From assembly GCA_964390985.1 (NCBI GenBank), contig CAYMKM010000001.1, forward strand, positions 1 to 50,949: a stretch of 50,949 nucleotides of DNA, read 5' to 3'. Source of the stretch: an uncultured Clostridia bacterium. Its GTDB lineage: Bacteria > Bacillota > Limnochordia > DTU080. Position numbers and translations under genes: made by a program. Below the pieces are notes generated by a model that did not search any database, was not told where the DNA came from, and was given only the letters and a program-made list of their open reading frames with translations. The first letter of the stretch is position 1, and every line of letters begins with the position of its first letter. This document shows positions 47,889 through 50,949 of this stretch, piece by piece.

Positions 47889-49124
47889 TTGGATAGTTAT
47901 ATTCAACAACAGTTTGCCGAACGCATTGGTGGCGCCGGTTTTGGCAAGGGTACACAAATTTATAAATTCGAGCGTATTAAGCGGGCAAAACAAGCCGCAC
48001 GGGCTGCGCACCCAAATGTAGAGCTCATTGATTTGGGCATTGGTGAACCCGATTGGGCAGCCGATCCAGGTATGGTTGAGGTTTTAGCAAAGGAAGCAGG
48101 TAAACCTGAAAACCGTTTTTACGCCGATAATGGCATACCGGAATTCCGTGAGGCTGCAGCCAACTATATGGCCGAGATTTACGGTGTAAAGGGCTTAGAT
48201 CCAGAACATGAAATCAACCATGCCATTGGCTCCAAACCGGCTTTAGCCATACTACCTGCTGCTTTTATCAATCCAGGTGACATTACGTTGATGAGCGTGC
48301 CTGGATATCCGGTAATGGGCACTCATACCATTTACTATGGCGGGCAGGTTTATAATTTGCCATTGCGTGAGGAGAATGACTTTCTCCCCGATTTAAATAG
48401 CATTCCTACTGAAGTTGTCCAATCTGCCAAAATGTTGTACATGTGTTATCCTAATAATCCTACTGCTGCGGTGGCTACACTTGATTTTTATAAACAAGTG
48501 GTTGCTTTTGCTCGTAAGAATAACATTGTTGTGGTGAATGACGCTGCTTATGCTGCCCTTACATTCGATGGAGAGCAGCCACTTAGCTTTTTGGCCACTC
48601 CCGGTGCTAAAGAGGTTGGTATTGAAGTGCAATCACTTTCCAAAGCCTTTAATATGACCGGTTGGCGGTTAGGTTTTGTAGCAGGCAATCCGTTAGTGGT
48701 AAATGCTTTTGCCACAGTGAAGGATAATATTGATTCTGGTCAGTTTCGGGCTATCCAAAAGGCAGGCATATATGCGCTTACACATCCGGAAATTACCGAG
48801 CGCACTAATGAGAAGTATAGCCGTCGGCATGCACTGTTAACTTCAGTCTTGCAACAAGTTGGTTTTAGGGCCCGCAAGCCGGCCGCTACGTTTTACCAGT
48901 ATGTACCTATTCCTAAAGGGACTCGTAGCGGTATTACATTTGATAATGCCGAAGATTTTTCCGATTATCTCATACGCCAGAAACTCATTTCCACTGTACC
49001 CTGGGATGATGTGGGGGCATATATTCGTTTATCGGTCACCTTCACCGCCGACGATGAGGCAGAAGAACGCCGAGTGCTGAATGAAGTGGGTGAACGGTTA
49101 GCTACGGCGGATTTTGTTTTTTGA
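47889..49124 (+). CDS. dapL: LL-diaminopimelate aminotransferase-like class I aminotransferase (DapL type)
   Basis: The N-terminal RIGGAGFGKGTQIYKFERIKRAK...IDLGIGEPD and SLSKAFNMTGWRLG (PLP lysine) are present. The start is set at TTG 47889, 6 nt after SD AAGGAGG. The ORF-track start overlaps the previous gene. Confidence 0.75.
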   Translation: MDSYIQQQFAERIGGAGFGKGTQIYKFERIKRAKQAARAAHPNVELIDLGIGEPDWAADPGMVEVLAKEAGKPENRFYADNGIPEFREAAANYMAEIYGVKGLDPEHEINHAIGSKPALAILPAAFINPGDITLMSVPGYPVMGTHTIYYGGQVYNLPLREENDFLPDLNSIPTEVVQSAKMLYMCYPNNPTAAVATLDFYKQVVAFARKNNIVVVNDAAYAALTFDGEQPLSFLATPGAKEVGIEVQSLSKAFNMTGWRLGFVAGNPLVVNAFATVKDNIDSGQFRAIQKAGIYALTHPEITERTNEKYSRRHALLTSVLQQVGFRARKPAATFYQYVPIPKGTRSGITFDNAEDFSDYLIRQKLISTVPWDDVGAYIRLSVTFTADDEAEERRVLNEVGERLATADFVF

Positions 49125-49156
49125 ATTAATGGCACCGCTATTTGGAGGTAACGTTA

Positions 49157-50857
49157 GTGAATTCGTTTAAAAATAAGGTCGTTGCCGTAGTGGAGCAGGC
49201 CTTGCCCGCTACTTTACTTGCGCAGGTTGATGTTAATAAGTTATTGGAAGTGCCACCGGACCCTCAGTTTGGCGATTATGCTTTTCCTACTTTCAGTTTG
49301 GCCCGCCACATGCGTAAAGCGCCAGCACTTATTGCTCAAGAGCTAGCTGCTGCTATACCAACCACATCGTGGCTAGACGAAGTTAAGGCTGTAGGCGGCT
49401 ACCTGAACTTTACTATTAACAAAGCCGAAATGGCTCAGGTTGTGCTTCAGCGGGTGTTCACAGAGGGTAATCGCTATGGAGCCTGTGCGATGGGTGATGG
49501 GCAAAGTGTGGTAATAGACTTCTCTTCGCCCAATATTGCCAAGCCCTTTGCTGTAGGGCTCATTCGTACTACGGTGCTTGGGCACGCGTTATCGCGTCTG
49601 TTTTCGTTTTGCGGTTACAAAGTAGAACGCGTCAACCATTTGGGCGATTGGGGCACACAAAACGGTAAATGGATTGTGGGTTGGCGTCTATGGGGTGATG
49701 AAGCTAAGTTACAAGAGAACCCCATTAAAGAGCTGCTCCGATTGTACGTTCGCTTTCACCAGGAGGCTGAAGAAAACCCGCAACTAGAAGATGAGGCGCG
49801 CCAGGCATTTCGTCAGCTAGAAGAGGGCGATCCCGAGGCCTATGCTCTTTGGTCGCGTTTTCGTGCGTTATCTATAGAGGAGTTTAAACGGGTATATGCA
49901 CGCATGGGAATTGAGTTTGACTCGTATGCGGGCGAAGCTTTTTATACCGATAAAATGGATAAAGTCGTCGATATGCTAAAAAGCAAAGGGCTTTTAGTGC
50001 AAAGCGAGGGCGCTGGGGTGGTAAACCTAGGGGACGATCTACCGCCTTGCCTTATTCTGCGCAGCGATGGCGCTACGCTGTATCCTACACGTGATTTAGC
50101 CGCTGCCTTGTATCGTTGGCAACAATATGAGCCGGTGCATGTACTGTATGTAGTAGATGTGCGGCAGTCGTTACACTTCAAACAGGTATTTGGGGTGTTA
50201 GCTAAGGCTGGTTGTGATTGGGTAGACCGCTACGAGCACATTGCCTTTGGGTTTATTAAATTTGGCGATGAAGTGATGGCCACCCGCAAGGGCAATGTGA
50301 TAATTCTAGAGGATGTTCTCGATGAAGCAGCAGCTAGAGCGTTAGCTATTATGCAAGAACGCAATCCGCAGTTACCCAATAAAGAAGCCATCGCGCAAGA
50401 TGTCGGTATCGGGGCTATTATATTCAGATTCTTAATGTACAATCGCTTGAAAGATATCTCCTTTGACTGGGAGTCGGCGCTGAATTTCGAAGGCGATACC
50501 GGGCCATATGTACAATACACGCATGCTAGAGCCAGTAGTGTTCTGCGCAAAGCTGGGGTTCAACTAAAGATGGATAAGTTGAATATCGGCTTGCTGAATG
50601 CGGCCGAAGAAGTGGCTTTGTTGCGGGAGATCGAACGTTTTCCTGCAGTGGTAGTCGAATGCGTAGAGGCGCGTGATCCGGCTGGTTTGGCGCACCATTT
50701 GTTAGAGTTGTGTCGGGCGTTCAATGCTTTCTACCATGTTCACAGGGTAGTTGGCAGCGAATCAATGCACGAGCGTTTGGCGTTGGTGGCTGCCACGCGT
50801 ACAGTAATAGCCAACGGACTTCACTTGCTAGGACTAGCTGCCCCGGAGGAGATGTAA
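49157..50857 (+). CDS. argS: Arginine--tRNA ligase (class I, short Streptococcus/Clostridium type) with a degenerate HIGH motif
   Basis: Family-typical blocks are GDYAFPTFSLAR, SSPNIAKPF, HLGDWG, DGATLYPTRDLAAALYR, ATRKGNV, and GPYVQYTHAR with a C-terminal ...APEEM. GTG start at 49157 behind GGAGGT. Confidence 0.88.
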   Translation: MNSFKNKVVAVVEQALPATLLAQVDVNKLLEVPPDPQFGDYAFPTFSLARHMRKAPALIAQELAAAIPTTSWLDEVKAVGGYLNFTINKAEMAQVVLQRVFTEGNRYGACAMGDGQSVVIDFSSPNIAKPFAVGLIRTTVLGHALSRLFSFCGYKVERVNHLGDWGTQNGKWIVGWRLWGDEAKLQENPIKELLRLYVRFHQEAEENPQLEDEARQAFRQLEEGDPEAYALWSRFRALSIEEFKRVYARMGIEFDSYAGEAFYTDKMDKVVDMLKSKGLLVQSEGAGVVNLGDDLPPCLILRSDGATLYPTRDLAAALYRWQQYEPVHVLYVVDVRQSLHFKQVFGVLAKAGCDWVDRYEHIAFGFIKFGDEVMATRKGNVIILEDVLDEAAARALAIMQERNPQLPNKEAIAQDVGIGAIIFRFLMYNRLKDISFDWESALNFEGDTGPYVQYTHARASSVLRKAGVQLKMDKLNIGLLNAAEEVALLREIERFPAVVVECVEARDPAGLAHHLLELCRAFNAFYHVHRVVGSESMHERLALVAATRTVIANGLHLLGLAAPEEM

Positions 50858-50949
50858 ATGTCTGTCGATCTGGGAGGCGCAGTAGCGATCTGGCATTCAT
50901 TGTCAGCTCCCAGACCGGCTTGTTTAATTATTGTTCGGCACGGAACTAC

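Noticed and set aside
49125-49156. T-box leader upstream of argS
   Set aside because: The intergenic gap is only about 32 nt, far too short for a T-box riboswitch. argS appears to be transcribed with the upstream aminotransferase genes.
50861-50930. Stem ctgggag/ctcccag after argS as a terminator
   Set aside because: The stem is only 7 bp, the loop is about 31 nt, and there is no U-tract. The window also ends here, so the context is missing.

Overview
This 50.9 kb window comes from an endospore-forming Firmicute with about 50% GC. It looks Clostridia-like (spoIIGA, sigE, sigG, spoIIR, spoIIP, spoVT and a DapL-type aminotransferase), but that placement is inference. It is mostly core chromosome. 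In order it contains the dnaG(3' end)-sigA operon, a GAF/HD-GYP gene and two tRNAs. A long dcw cell-wall/division cluster follows (mraZ-rsmH-ftsL-PBP-murE-murF-mraY-ftsW-murG-murB-murA-ftsQ-ftsZ). Next come the sporulation sigma locus, ylmC/pgeF, ftsK, a UPF0182 membrane protein, spoIIP and murC. The window ends with rimO-pgsA-ychF, an envelope-stress/sporulation mixed region (PspC, LiaF-like, SpoVT, PAP2, short FtsH paralog), two aminotransferases and argS. The best candidate for something undescribed lies at 31.4-37.3 kb, between murC and a tRNA-Ala. Two paralogous SNF2-family helicases there are each translationally coupled to a partner of unknown function. The partners appear YqhG-like by eye. 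The two modules converge, and the partner genes overlap antisense by 145 bp. One partner is extended by a coiled coil and a 19-cysteine zinc-ribbon array. Other oddities: no murD or ftsA in the dcw cluster, and spoIIGA-sigE inverted relative to ftsZ and sigG. There is also an SD-sequestering hairpin before spoIIP, a candidate MraZ operator, an ArgS lacking both HIGH histidines, and an orphan protein with a C-terminal TetR-like HTH. No CRISPR array, transposase, integrase or rRNA was seen. All functional calls come from reading motifs and synteny by eye; no searches were run.
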